64,000 nt of DNA. Origin: Carcharhinus amblyrhynchos (taxonomy: Eukaryota). Below the pieces are notes generated by a model. It did no database searches. It was not told the DNA's origin and saw only the letters and a program-made list of their open reading frames with translations. Positions 37,228 to 50,400 of this stretch are shown piece after piece. Numbering within the stretch: position 1 is the stretch's first letter; every line of letters starts with the position of its first letter. The DNA is taken from assembly GCA_965287045.1 (NCBI GenBank), contig OZ336876.1:37014001-37078000 (forward strand). The letters run 5' to 3'. The translations under genes and the position numbers were made by a program.

Positions 37228-37690
37228 TGAGCACTCCGATTTAATGTTGGCAACTTAATAAAAGGAATCACATGGTTCACACATGCACCATTAATGTGCG
37301 TCTAGTTTCTCAGCTCCTTTCGTACCATCTGAAAAATAGCAATCCAATTCCACAATAGGGGCTAATTGTTCTAAAGAGTGTCTTAATTGGTTAAGGTAGC
37401 CATGAGTACTGGGAGCCCACCTTTGGGAAAAGGGCATAAAGGCAGGAATATGTTGCAGGACTAGCCAGTTGTGAGCCAATTGTATTTTCCTCACTAATCA
37501 AATGGCTGGCAGTGCTCTGATTTCAACAAAGCCACTTCTAGTGATGCCCATTTTTGGGACTGCATCCAATGGTGAGGCACCATGGAGCCAGAATTAAATG
37601 CAAGTTGTGGAGGGCGCTTACCAGGCCATAGTCCTGGCAAGGGGGATGTAGAAAGGAATTTCAAATCAGTTAGTGAGATTCACTGATAGA

Positions 37691-40184
37691 TGTAATCTTT
37701 TAGGAGACAAGATAACAAGAAGGGGTTAAATGATGCTTTATAACAAGTTAATATGGACAGTTTGCTCATATGTGAATGCAGTAACTGTATTAAAATAAAA
37801 ATGAATATGATTTTAAAGTATATATATCAAAGTATTGAATGTATTTTAATATATAATATGTATTGTTCACCTCAGTCATAAAGAGTAAATGCTGCAAAGT
37901 GTAATGTTCAGGTCAGAAGGTTAGAACTACAAGCTGGGATTCCATTCGTAAGCAAAAGTATGTATTAGAAAGCTTCAAGTTTTTGGGTCAAATGTTGTAA
38001 CTTTATAGTGGCATACATTGTCCAGACATAAGATAATGCATTCCTAAGGCCTAAGAATCACGTATCTTCCTGTCTTGGCAATGTTCCTGTGGGAAAGGTT
38101 CATCTATGGAAAGTATCCATAATTACACAGCGACCAGGCAATATGTTTAGCCAAGATGGGAGGATGTTTGAATTGAATGGACTAATGAGATATCATTGTA
38201 CTGAGTGGCAGATTGTGATTGATTTAAATACCTTGCCAAAAACTGTACTGACATGTGAACACTAAATGAAATTGATTTTAAGCTAATGAAGAGGCATATT
38301 TAAGATAACAAAAAGGTACAATCATTCTGTATTTTGGCTGAGTGCTTCAGACCTTTGGAGAGGTTTTGCGACTCTGAACCTGAGCTGTTTAACCCTTTGA
38401 ACATAAGAACATAAGAAATAGGAGCAGCAGTAGGCCATCTAGCCCTTTGAGCCTGCCCCGCCATTCAATAAGATCATGGCTGATCTGTCGTGGCTCAGTT
38501 CCACATTCCCGCCCTCCCCCCATAACCCTTAATCCCCTCGCTTATCAAAAACCCATCAACCCGCGTCTTAAAAATATTTAGCGAGGCAGCCTCCACCACT
38601 TCAACAGGCAGAGAATTCCAGAGATTCACCACCCTTTGAGTGAAGAAGTTCCTCCTTAACTCTGTTCTAAACCGCCCCCCCTTTATCTTGAGGCTGTGCC
38701 CCCTAGTCCTACTGTCCTTTCTGAGTGGGAAGAGGCTCTCCACCTCTATCCTATCCATCCCATTCATCATCTTATACGTCTCAATGAGATCTCCCCTCAT
38801 TCTTCTAAACTCTAACGAGTACAAGCCTAGTTTATTCAGCCTCTCCTCATAGCTCAACCCCCTCAACTCCGGTATCAGCCTAGTAAACCTCCTCTGCACT
38901 CCCTCCAAGGCCAAAATATCCTTGCGTAAGTGCGGCGACCAAAACTGCACACAGTACTCCAGCTGCGGCCTCACCAATGCCCTATACAGCTGCAGCAAGA
39001 CCTCCCTACTTTTATATTCAATCCCTCTCGCTATGAAGGCCAGCATCCCATTCGCCTTCCTGACCACCTGCTGCACCTGCAGGCTGGGTTTTTGCGACTC
39101 ATACACAAGGACCCCGAGGTCCCTCTGCACCGTCGCCTGCTGCAGTTTTTCGCCACATAAGTAATAGTCCTTCCTACCATTATTCCTACCAAAGTGGACC
39201 ACCTCGCACTTGCCAACATTGAATTCCATTTGCCAGTTCCTGGCCCATTCGCCCAGCCTATCTAGATCCTTCTGCAGACTCTCCACACCCTCCGCGCAAT
39301 TTGCCGTTCCACCAATCTTGGTGTCATCAGCAAATTTCGACACCATACACTCGGCTTCCTCCTCCAGATCATCTATATAAATGGTAAATAGCTGAGGCCC
39401 CAGCACTGACCCCTGGGGCACTCCACTAGTCACCAACCGCCAATCCGAATAGCACCCATTAACCCCCACTTTCTGCCTCCTATTTGACAACCAATCCTCT
39501 ATCCACGCTAACACCCTACCCCCAACTCCATGCCCCCTTACCTTCTGCAATAACCTCTTGTGAGGTACCTTGTCAAACGCCTTCTGAAAATCAAGAAAGA
39601 CCACATCCACCGGCTCTCCTCTATCCACCGCCTTAGACACATCCTCATAGAACTCCAATAAATTCGTCAGACATGACTTCCCCTTAACGAAACCATGCTG
39701 CGTCTGCTCTATCAAGCAATTCCCCTCAAGATGCCTCGCTATTTCCTCCTTGATGACGGATTCTAACATTTTACCTACAACAGACGTTAAACTAACTGGC
39801 CTATAATTCCCCGCCTTTTGACTGCCACCCTTCTTAAACAACGGCGTAACATTAGCCGTTTTCCAATCTTCCAGCACTTCCCCGGAATCCAGCGACGTCT
39901 GGAAAATAACCACCAAGGCATCCACTATCACCTCCGCCATTTCTTTCAGAACCCTCAGATGCATTCCATCCAGTCCTGGGGACTTGTCCACAATCAGTCC
40001 CTCCAGTCTGTCGAGCACCACCTCTCTAGTGACAATAATGTCATTGAGGGTCTCCAGAATGGCCGTATGTTTATGTTTTATTTGTCCTGTATGATTTTTG
40101 TGTTTTTAAATAAACTTTGTTATGTCTTTTGAATAGAGACTTTGCCTTTTGCGAGTTTTTGAATAGAGTCGAAGTTTTCAGACA
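37691..40184 (+). mobile_element. Candidate solo LTR (~830 bp net) split by the young CR1
   Basis: Begins TGT (37691) and ends ACA (40184); flanks taga/taaa (4-bp TSD, one mismatch); AATAAA near 40109. Confidence 0.4.
38399..40055 (-). mobile_element. Young CR1 LINE, 5'-truncated, 508-aa uninterrupted ORF2 fragment with complete RT domain
   Basis: ORF 38495-40021: NYRPVSLTS, DFQKAFDKVPH, GVPQGSVLGP, KFADD; CpGs retained; (aacataag)n tail. Confidence 0.97.
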
Positions 40185-40189
40185 TAAAT

Positions 40190-40520
40190 TGGCCACCTTT
40201 TAAAATTTCCCACAACAAGGGACGAGTGGGTTCGGGTATTGGGGTAGACGGGGGGGGGGGAATAGGAAACACAGGGGATGGAAGACCTTGTGAGGGCCTC
40301 TGTTAGGCCTAGGGGCCCACCTAAGGAGATATCCTCTACCTTGCTCACCGTCAGTGAAAGCTGCCAGGCTGGAGGTTTGACATGGGCTTCTCCCACTACT
40401 GGTTAAATTCCAGTGGCATTGAGATGAGGCATTTATGGCCATTAACTGGTAACTCAAAGGCTTCAGTTGCCCCACAGGTAGGCAGGCCTCCTGCCTATTG
40501 AGTTTGTGATAATTCTGTTC
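40190..40520. mobile_element. GC-rich TIR-family fragment
   Basis: ggttaaattccagtggc..ggccattaactgg..gataattctg resembles interior motifs at 30440-30490 and 8380-8420. Confidence 0.35.
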
Positions 40521-41039
40521 ACAGTTTTCATGGAGAACATCCACTTCAAGGAATTAATTAACACGGTAGCTCAGTGATACTTCAAATCAAAGAATATCAT
40601 CAAGATAGGCAACGCTGAGAAAACAATGGTGCTGAAATTCCATTGAATAATCTAAATAGAAAGATTTATTCATTGATGAAAGAGAATTTTTTTTAGTTGT
40701 GAGATTTATTTGCAGTGTTTTACTGCTTTACTTGAAATGTGTTGAGAGACAGACTTTTTTTCCATAATTCGCATGGGGAACAGATTTAAATAAGAGAGTG
40801 TTAAAGATCTTTATTTATAGTAGTAGACGTTGAGAAATGAACAGATGTGATAACATTCAAGATTAATTCTATTTTACAGACATGCCTGCAAATTCTAACA
40901 CGTCTCTCGGATTACTTAGATTTTCTGAACTCATCCCCATTAAAACAATGATTAAAAGTAACAGTTAAAAAGTAAAATAATGAACATGTAATCCTTTGTT
41001 CTACTGAGTGAATGATGGCAACTGTCCATCTCAGGAATG

Positions 41040-42560
41040 AATAAGCTGAGCCCAGTCACTTCTAGATTGAACATTGTCAGTTGTGGCAATGTAGTACCCA
41101 TGGCACTGTGATAGCTATGGGTGAGGAGGACACTGCTGAGGGTGGCAATCCGATGATAATGAGATCTCACTGATGCCAGTGGCATGATCTAGGGCACCTT
41201 GTGGCATGGCTTGAATTGGAAGTAGCTGTTCAGCACATTGGCTAGAACTCTACCACCTCGCCCAGCACAAAATCAGAATGGGCAAGGGTCTGACAACAGA
41301 AATCTCCGTTGTCCTCGGGCAGGAATTTATAGTCTCACCCAAGTGAGGCCATAAAATCCCACCCATAGTGTCCATGGTGAAGCATAGCTCCAGCATCCTT
41401 TGTCCACTTTCATCCATCTTGCCTGTTCGCTGGTGCTCTATGCATATTGGCCAAGCTGTTAATCCATATTCACTCTTGCCTTGAAGTCCCCTAGAAAGTG
41501 CAGTCCTTCAGTCTGAGAATTCTGTTGAAGACGTCATTAGATGCCTCATAAAATTAATCCTTAGCATCTGGAATTGGAATGGATGGATGTGAGGTTAACT
41601 TTACTGATGAGAAAAGAGTGCAAAGTCTGTCAGAGTCTTCTGTTGGGTATGGGAGGGGAGGCTCAACCATCAATCATGTAGAGTGTTTTTTTTATGCAAA
41701 ACCCACTCCAGACTGACATGTTAACTGTTTGGTTTCCCCTGCAAGAATAATAGTCTTTCTCTTTAATGGATTCACTCTGAGTGAGCCTACTTTTTTGGGG
41801 AGCAGCAACGTCCACATTGAGCCATGTTTGTCGATCAGAGCAGTCTTGCAAACATCATCAACCTGCAGAAGGACATTGGTAAGGCCAGGACACATGATCC
41901 TGGCATTCCAGCTCGCGATGCAAAAGACTGATGGTGTCTTTGTTTAGTTTGTGTGCATATCAGCAACCTACCTGTTGAGAGTTGACTCTCTCAAGGGGAT
42001 TTTCACATTAATTTCATTGCAGTGTTGATGTAAGCCTACTTGTGACTAATAAATAAACTTTAGCTCCATTGAGGCAAGCAGGCTGTGCCAGAGCAGCATC
42101 GAATTGACTGGGGACTGCATAGCTTGAGACAGGTCATTGCTATCCAATGAGATGTGATGATCTCACCTGTCATTGGGAGTAAACCTTGTGTTCTACACAA
42201 GTTGAGCGTAAGCTTATAACCCGTAACTGTTGCTTCCGGTGTTGTGCCAATGTAAACCACAAAGCTGGAGTGTCCTCTCCAAGCTGCAGGCCTGTGCGAA
42301 TGGTATGGAAACCAAGCATCAGGATCAGCCTCTCTCAAAGCAAAGGAAAAGATGAAAGTATTACTGTTTGGTAACAGCTTTGCTGCAGGAGTTGCCAGGA
42401 AGCTGCCTGATAGCTGACAGATTACCACCTATAGGACTCCGCTCTGGATTTTTCTCAGGGTTTACTGCCTTAGCTTTCTTCCCTCCAGTGATACTCAGAA
42501 GGCAGTGGAGTCTTTAAGCCATAGCTGAGCTTCTGCTATGTGGCCACCAGAGCATAACCA
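41040..42560 (-). mobile_element. RTE-clade LINE 5' part (APE endonuclease), degraded; interrupted by a MITE and a SINE tail
   Basis: MCPGL..QVDD..KTALID, LNVDVAA.Q..RL..S.SIKEKDY, LGDFKARV, GKMDESGQRMLELC, NSYFQFKPCHKV, HWHQ.DL, HSYHSA. Confidence 0.8.
41239..41364 (-). mobile_element. GC-TIR MITE inserted in RTE
   Basis: Ends ggctagaact / taaaatcccaccc; homologous to 43671-43787. Confidence 0.7.
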
Positions 42561-42849
42561 CAAACTGGTGGGTCTGTACTTTACATGCCTGGGGGTTCTG
42601 TTTGATGATTTTAGCATTTCCGAGATCAACATCATGCATAACGAGAGAAATTTGCCTTGGTCTATTTATATGTTGACTCATATTATTTTCACAGCTTGGC
42701 TATGTCACCCTGACACTTTTCTGGGGGATGATGTAATATCCTATCCAAATTTTTTAACACCCCCATATTTGTTTATTTAGTTTTTTTGGTTTGTTTTGAG
42801 AACTTTCACTCTCTTACTCATTTTTTGAACTCTTAAATGTATTCATATC

Positions 42850-44750
42850 ACCATTTAGTTTCTTCACAACCTGGAATATACTCTTCGGTTAACTAGTCTC
42901 CTTGCCATAATACTGTTTCAGCATATTTCTGTGATACATTGGTTGGTATTTTCTTCCATCCAATGTACTATTTACATAATTTATCTTATCAAGTCTCTTT
43001 TTAACATAATAAGATCTTGTCTTTTAATGGTTCACCTGGCAGAGGTAATAGAACAAGTACTTTATCCCCAGGTTTAAAGATTCAAGGTTCAGCCGTCTTA
43101 CTTGCTCAGTTTTCGTTACTTGTTGGGAAATCTTAAAATATTCCTGGGCTAGTCTTTTCCAAAACTTCGACATGTAATCTAAGAGAGTAATTTCTTCTTC
43201 CTGGGATATAACTTTTTCTTTAATGAATGTTAAGTGGTTCCCTTACCTCATGCTCATTGGCTAATTCATAAGGATTGAAACAAATATAATACAAATGAAA
43301 TTTGTTTAGCCCATTTCTTGGCTTACTCTAGACGGAAAGCTCTAATCATAGTTTTAAAATTCATTAGCATTTTTCCAGTGTCCCTCAGACTGTGAATAGT
43401 GTTCAGATCAATATTCCTAAACACCATGTTGCTTTCTGGAATACCCATGACATGAAATTGGATCTGTGGTCAGACTGAGCCTCTCTGGGTAACAACATAC
43501 CCAATGAAAAGAGAATTTGCGCCTTCAATTAGCACCTCTGCAGTAATTTTCCCTTAGGATGTTGCTCCTTGGGAATCAGGTAACAAATCCATGTTGGTTC
43601 AAAGATACCCTGTTTTGATTTTAGGGAGGGGTCCCACACAATCCACTAGAATCCTACAAAATAATTCACCTAGGCTGGTATTTTACAACCTCACATGGGC
43701 GAGGCTCGTAAAATCCTGCTTGAGGCCAATGGAGTATTCCGTTCTGCGAGCGGCGCCTGCCCTGATTAAGCAATAAAATTCCAACTTAAGTGGCTTCGGG
43801 ATCAATAATGCCTTTCAATCAACAGTTGGGATTGTCATGCACGACAATTCTTGCGGAATTTAATGCAACCCTGGTTAATAAAAGCGTTTCACTACTTTCT
43901 TAATTCTAAATGACCTGCCATCGGAATTTTCTTAATATTTCCCTATGATAACTGGAAGGAACAACTATTTCATGGACTGTTATCTACTCCTCACCTACTG
44001 GCCTCTGAGGAAGCCTTTACTTCTTCATCGATATTTCATTATTTCTGGTAGTAACATTCAATGATCCTTTCTCAGTCTTCTTCAGAATATGTCAAGATTA
44101 TACCCACAAGCCAGTGTCAGCCTGCTGAGCTTCAATCAAAAAGAATAATTCATCCGCATTATTTGCAGGGCCTTTAACCTTATTCAACTTCCCAAAAAAT
44201 GGTCCTATCAAACCAAACACCTGAATTATCCTCCTTCTCAATTAATTCAGCTTAATTCTGCATAGCCTTATAGCCTCCGTCATAGTTACCATACAATCTG
44301 GGAATGATCTTCCTCCAGCAAAATCTCAGTTTCTTTCACCACAGCCAGCTCTTTAAGACTCTTGGAAACACCAATATTCTTAAAGCTGCCAAATTATTAC
44401 CCAGTATAAAATCCACCCCTTCAATAAGTAAACTAAGAACAATTCCGATATTAACAACTCTGTTTATTAAATCACCTCAGAAATTAACTTTATAAAAGGC
44501 AATAGATTTATAATTACCATGAATACTCTCTATCAATACTTTCTCTTTCATCCAATTACCTGGAAGACAAATCATAGCATCCAGAAGTTTTTGTTTCCGA
44601 TCTTAGTTACAGCCTTAGTTTCTTAGCAACTTGAAGGGTTATTTTCCTTTCATATTTCCTCTTTCAGTTTCTCTTTGCAATTTCTCTTCAAGCTCTGTCC
44701 CAAAAAGTAAAAGCTTTGACCATGGTTTCCATCACAACATCAAAGCTGTC
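42850..44750 (-). mobile_element. Gypsy LTR-retrotransposon relic (Gmr1-like, integrase directly after protease)
   Basis: Minus strand: IEGVDFILGNNLA, FPDCMVT, IEAQQAD, VHEIVVPSSYHREILR..PMAGHL (integrase Zn finger), LPREAQSDHRSNFMS (integrase core); many stops. Confidence 0.72.
43671..43787 (+). mobile_element. GC-TIR MITE inserted in the Gypsy relic
   Basis: ggctggtattttac..gtaaaatcctgcttgaggccaatggag..taaaattccaac. Confidence 0.7.
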
Positions 44751-46308
44751 TCATTCACCAAGGTGTGTAGTTCTGAAGCAATTTCCAGTCTGTGTTTTCT
44801 ATTCCAAAAAGTACAGATGGAGATTGTGGGGATTAATGACTTAGTTACATTTTTAGTAAATGTTGTCTGCAGATAGTGAGTGGAGTGACAGACAACAGTG
44901 GACAACGGCTGTGTGATAGAATTGCATGATTGGAATTACAATTTATTGCAACTTCGGTTTGGAAAACATATTTTGTTTTACTGAATGATACAGTGAATCT
45001 ATAGGAATTTGTGATTTTAATTTAGGCATCTTTTTTAAACCATTCAACTTGGAAAGTCCCTCTGATCAGTGCACTTTTGCCATAGTTCTTGAACTTTGGA
45101 CAACTGTAGACATACTCTAGTACTTTCTTGACACTTGTTTATTAGTGCTACATCTCAACAGATTATAGAATAGATATGTTTTTCCCGAGATGGTGCATTC
45201 CTACGCTCCCTCTCTCTCTCTCTTTTGCCTAATACAGGACTAACTGATGTCAGCCAGATATTCATATTGACATCATAGATGAGCATATCCATTTTGTTCA
45301 TTCAATTAAAATTAACTGTTAATAAACAATCCCAGTCATTGGGATCTTTGGTTAAAGTGTGCATGCACCATAACTAAGTTTTGCTTTGGGCTAACATAGG
45401 TGTCATAGGTATCTACTCTGTAAATGATGATGTATCACTGATATCAGTCAATCATGTATTAGATTCTCAAGAGAGAGGTTGGAATACACTGTGCTCAGGA
45501 GCAACTTTCCTAAAGTCTAACTACTAATAAACAAGTTTAAACAAGTACCATAGTATGTCTACAATCTTTGATTTGATTTATTATTGTCACATGTATTAGT
45601 ATACAGTGAAAAGTATTGTTTCTTACGCATTATACAGACAAAGCATACTGTACACAGAGAAGAAAACGAGAGAGTGCAGAATGTAGTATTACAGTCATAG
45701 CTAGAGTGTGGAGAAAAATCAACTTAATGCAAGATAATTCCATTCAGAAGTCTGCTGACGGCAGGGAAGAAGCTGTTTTTGAGTGAGTTGGTGTGCGATC
45801 TCAGACTTTTTTATCTTTATCCCAATGGAAGAAGGTGGAAGAGAGTATGTCCAGGGTAGGTGGGGCCGTTGATTATGCTGGCTTCTTTTCTGAGGCAGCA
45901 GGAAGTGTACACAGAGTCAATGGATGGGAGTCTGGTTTGAGTGATGGATTAGGCTTCATTCACGATCCTGTCATGACCCTATCTGTCCAATAATCAAGAG
46001 GAAGCGGTCTCACAACACCAGGTTAAAGCCCAACAGATTTATTCGATAGCACAAGCCACAAGCTTTCGGAGCACTTCCCCATCATCTCCATATCAATAAC
46101 CAAGATGATCTCAAGCCCTCAGTGGACTCCTCCACTCCCAGCCTAAAGAGAACATCGTATGTTATAGCATTAAGTAAAGAAGCTGATTTAATACTACTGT
46201 TCTTTTGTATGAATGCTTGATGCTGTTTCTCCACCGCTGTCTCAGGGTGTCTTTGATAGTCCCTCTGATCTGTGAATTATTGGCATGATTCTTGGTTATT
46301 GATATGGA

Positions 46309-46393
46309 GATGACGGGGAAGTGCTCCAAAAGCTTGTGGCTTGTGCTACCGAATAAATCTGTTGGACTTTAACCTGATGTTGTGAGACTTCTT
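46309..46393 (+). mobile_element. Penelope terminal fragment (mirror copy at ~46002-46086, minus)
   Basis: gtgctccaaaagct..aataaatctgttggactttaacctgatgttgtgagacttctt matches 17150-17222. Confidence 0.85.
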
Positions 46394-46424
46394 CCTCTTG
46401 ATTATTGAACAGATAGGGTCATGA

Positions 46425-46828
46425 CAGGATCGTGAATGAAGCCCAGTCCATCACTCAAACCAGACTCCCATCCATTGACTCTGTGTACACTTCCCTCTGC
46501 CTCAGAAAAGAAGCCAGCATAATCAACGACCCCACCTACCCCGGACATTCTCTCTTCCACCTTCTTCCATTGGGATAAAGATACAAAAGTCTGAGATCGC
46601 ATACCAACTCACTCAAAAACAGCTTCTTCCCTGCCGTCAGCAGACTTTTGAATGGAATTATCTTGCATTAAGTTGATTTTTCTCCACACTCTAGCTATGA
46701 CTGTAATACTACATTCTGCACTCTCTCGTTTCCTTCCCTGTGTACGGTATGCTTTGTCTGTATAATGCGTAAGAAACAATACTTTTCACTGTATACTAAT
46801 ACATGTGACAATAATAAATCAAATCAAA
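46425..46828 (+). mobile_element. Rex1/Babar LINE 3' fragment (mirror copy at ~45566-45970, minus)
   Basis: AQSITQTRLPSIDSVYT..IINDPTYPGHSLFHLLP..HTNSLKNSFFPAVSRLLN; tail aataaatcaaatcaaa. Confidence 0.85.
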
Positions 46829-47485
46829 GATTGTAGTCATACTGTGGTACTTGTTTAAACTTGTTTATCAGTAGTTAGACTTTAGGAAAGTTGCTCCTGA
46901 ACAGTGTATTCCAACCTCTCTCTTGAGAATCTAATACATGATTGACTGATGTCAGAGATACATCATCATCTACAGAGTAGATTACTATATAGTCTATTTA
47001 CTCGTTATATTACCTTTTTATCAGCACACATCTTCAATATAGTTGCTGCTGTCTATACCAGATACAACCTCTCATTCACTGAACTTTTCAATGGATTCTC
47101 TACTGTGGGTGTTTTGACCTATTTTAGGCTGTGCCCACGTCTGCTGTTGCATATTTATTTGAGTAAGTCGGAGTTGACCTGCTGGTCCACAAACAAAAAT
47201 AGCAAAAGTACCAGTCTATGTACTCTTCAAAACACACACAACTACTGCTGTTGTTATTAATACCCCTTTCATTACACAAAAACTGTAGTCAAGTCTGACT
47301 GGACATCGGATGCTGAATTGGGTCTAATACAATTAGTCATACTTTGTTCTCTTTCTGTTTTTCTTCACTCACCCCTCCAGTTATTTCATAGCTGCCAGTG
47401 GCCTCATGTTACCCCACTCACACAAGTAATTGTTCCTTTTGCGTGGCCCCAGACAATGAATGTTGAGTGGTGGGTGCACTTCCCC

Positions 47486-50400
47486 TACCTGTGGGAAATG
47501 CACCCATCTCCAGCTCCTCAAAAACCGCATTAGAGAACTGAAGCTGGAGCTGGGTGAACTTCGGATCATTCGGGAGGCAGTGGTGATCATAGCAAAATGC
47601 TTCAGGGATTTGGAAACTCCGAAGAATGAAAATAGTTGGGTGTTGGTGGGAGGAGCTGGAAGGAAGCAGCCAGTGCAGGGACCCCCTGTGATCGTTCCCC
47701 TCAGCAACAAGTATACCACGTTGGATACTATTGAGGGGGATGACCTACCAGTGGTAAGCCAGGGTGACTGGATCTCCAGCATTGGGTCCATCCCTGTGCC
47801 GTAGAAGGGAAGGGGGGAGAGCAGGAGAGCAGTAGTAATTGGGGGCGCGATGGTTAGAGGGACAGATAGGAGGTTCTGTGGCAGCAAAAGAGACTCACGG
47901 ATAGTATGTTACCTCCTGGGTGCAAGGGTCTGTGATGTCTCGGACCATGTTTTCAAGATCCTTAAGGGGGATGGGGATCAGTCGCAGTTCATGGTGCACA
48001 TTGGTACCAACAACGTAGGTAAGAGAAGGGATGGGGATTTAAAACAGGAATTTAGGGAGCTAGGATGGAAGCTGAAAGCCAGGACAAAGCATGTTGTCAT
48101 ATCTGGTTTGTTGCTGGTGCCACGTGCAAGTGAGTTGAGGAACAGGGACGGTCACGTTGTTAGGAGTTTTCTATAGGCCCCCAAATAGTAATAGAGATGT
48201 GGAGGAGGAAATGGCAAAGCAGATTTTGGATAGGTGTGGAGGTCACAGGGTATCTTTCATGGGTGATTTAACTTTCCAAATATTGATTGGAACCTTTATA
48301 GTTTGAATAGTTCGGATGGGACACTTTTTGCACAGTTTGTGTAGGAGGGTTTCCTGACACAATATGGGGATAAGCCGACAAGAGGTGGGGCCACATTGGA
48401 CTTGGTACTGGATAATGAACCAGGCCAAGTGTTAGATTTGTTTGTGGGAGAGCACTTTGGAGATAGTGACCACAATTCAGTGTCCTTCATTATTATAATG
48501 GAGAGGGATAGGGTCACACGGCAGGGCAAGGTTTATAATTGGGGCAGGGGTAATTATGATGCGATTAGGCAAGAATTAGGGAGCATAAGATGGGAACAGA
48601 AACTTTCAGGTATGGGCACAAACGAAAAGTGGAGCTTTTTTAAGGAACAAATACTGCGTGTTCTTGATATATATGTCCCCGACAGGCAGGGAGGAAATGG
48701 CCGAGTGAGGGAACCATGGTTCACAAAGGAGGTTGAATGTCTTGTTAAGAGGAAAAAGGAAGCGTATGTAAGGAAGAAAAAACAAGGTTCAGTTGGGTCA
48801 TTTGAAGGTTACAAGGTAGCTAGGAATGAGCTAAAGAAAGGGCTTAGGAGAGCTAGGAGGGGGCATGAGAAGTCCTTGCGGATTGGATAAAGGAAAACCT
48901 TAAGTCTTTTTACTCTTACGTGAGAAATAAAAGAATGACCAGGGTGAGGTTAGGGCCAGTCAAGGATAGTAGTGGGAACTTGTGCTTGGAGTCAGAAGAG
49001 ATAGATGAGGTGTTGAATGAATACTTTTCTTCAGTGTTCACTAAGGAGAGGGGCCATGTTTTTTGAGGATGAGTGCGTGATACAGGCTGATAGGATGGAG
49101 GAGGTAGATGTTCTAAGGGATGATGTATTAGCAATTTTGAAAAACCTGAGGGTCATGCCCCCTCCTAGCTCTCCTAAGCCCTTTCTTTAACTCATTCCAA
49201 GCTACCTTGTAACCCTCAAATGACCCAACTGAACCTTGTTTTTTCTTCCTTACATACGCTTCCTTTTTCCTCTTAACAAGACATTCAACCTCCTTTGTGA
49301 ACCATGGTTCCCTCAGTCGGCCATTTCCTCCCTGCCTGTCGGGGACATATATATCAAGAACACGCAGTATTTGTTCCTTGAGAAAGCTCCACTCCCTAGG
49401 GCAGATGGGATACATCCTAGGAAACTTTGGAGGCAAGGGATGAGATTGCAGAGCCTTTAGCTTTGATCTTTGGGTCCTCACTGTCCACAGGGATTATGCC
49501 AGAGGGCTGGAGAATGGCGAATGTTGTTCCTCTCTTCAAGAAAGGAAATAGGAATGACCCTGCTAATCATAGGCCAGTTAGTTTTACTTCGGTGATTGTT
49601 AAGTTAATGAGAGATAGGATTTATGACCATTTGGAAAGATACAGTTTTAATCTGGGATAGTCTTCACAGTTTCGTGAGGGGTAAGTCCTGCCTCACAAAT
49701 TTGATTGAATTCTTTGAGAAGGTAACTAAGTGTGTAGACAAAGGTAGAGCAGTTGATGTTGTATACATGGATTTTAGTAAGGTGTTTGATAAGGTTCCCC
49801 ATGGTGGGCTCATGAAGAAAGTAAGGAGGTGTGGGATAGAAGGAAATTTGGCCGATTTGATGAGTAACTGGCTGTCTCATAAAAAACAGAGGATGGTGGT
49901 GGAGGGAAAGTTTTCAGACTGGAGGCCAGTTACCAGCGGTGTATCACAGTGCTGGGTCCTCTGCTATTTGTGATTTTTATCAATGACTTGGAAGAGGGGG
50001 CTGAAGGGTGGGTTAGTAAATTTGCTGATGACACCAAGATTGGTGGAGTAGTGGATGAGTGGAGGGTTCTTGCAGGCTGCAAAGAGACATTGATAGGATG
50101 CAGAGCTGGGCAGAAAAGTGGCAGATGGTGTTTAACCCTGATAAGTACGAGCTGATTCATTTTGGTAGGACAAATTTGAATACAGATTACAGGGTCAATG
50201 GCAGGATTCTGAGGAATGTAGAGGAACAGAGAGATCTTGGGTTCATATCCACAGATCTCTGAGGTTTGCCACTCAAGTGGATAGAGCCGTGAAGAAGGCT
50301 TATAGTGTGTTAGTGTTTATTAACAGGGGGTTTGCATTTAAGAGCCGTGGGGTTATGCTACAACTATACCCGGACCTTGGTGAGACCATATTTGGAATAT

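Larger units (their letters stand above)
45411..46982. repeat. Large inverted repeat: arms 45411-46105 and 46290-46982, 184-bp spacer
   Basis: Arms align end to end; 8 mismatches in the ~145 bp I compared; mirror ORFs 45793-45993(+) and 46402-46602(-). Confidence 0.97.

Noticed and set aside
45411-46982. Palindrome as an assembly or chimeric-read artefact
   Set aside because: Arms differ by about 5%, mostly transitions, which fits real ageing rather than a fold-back read.
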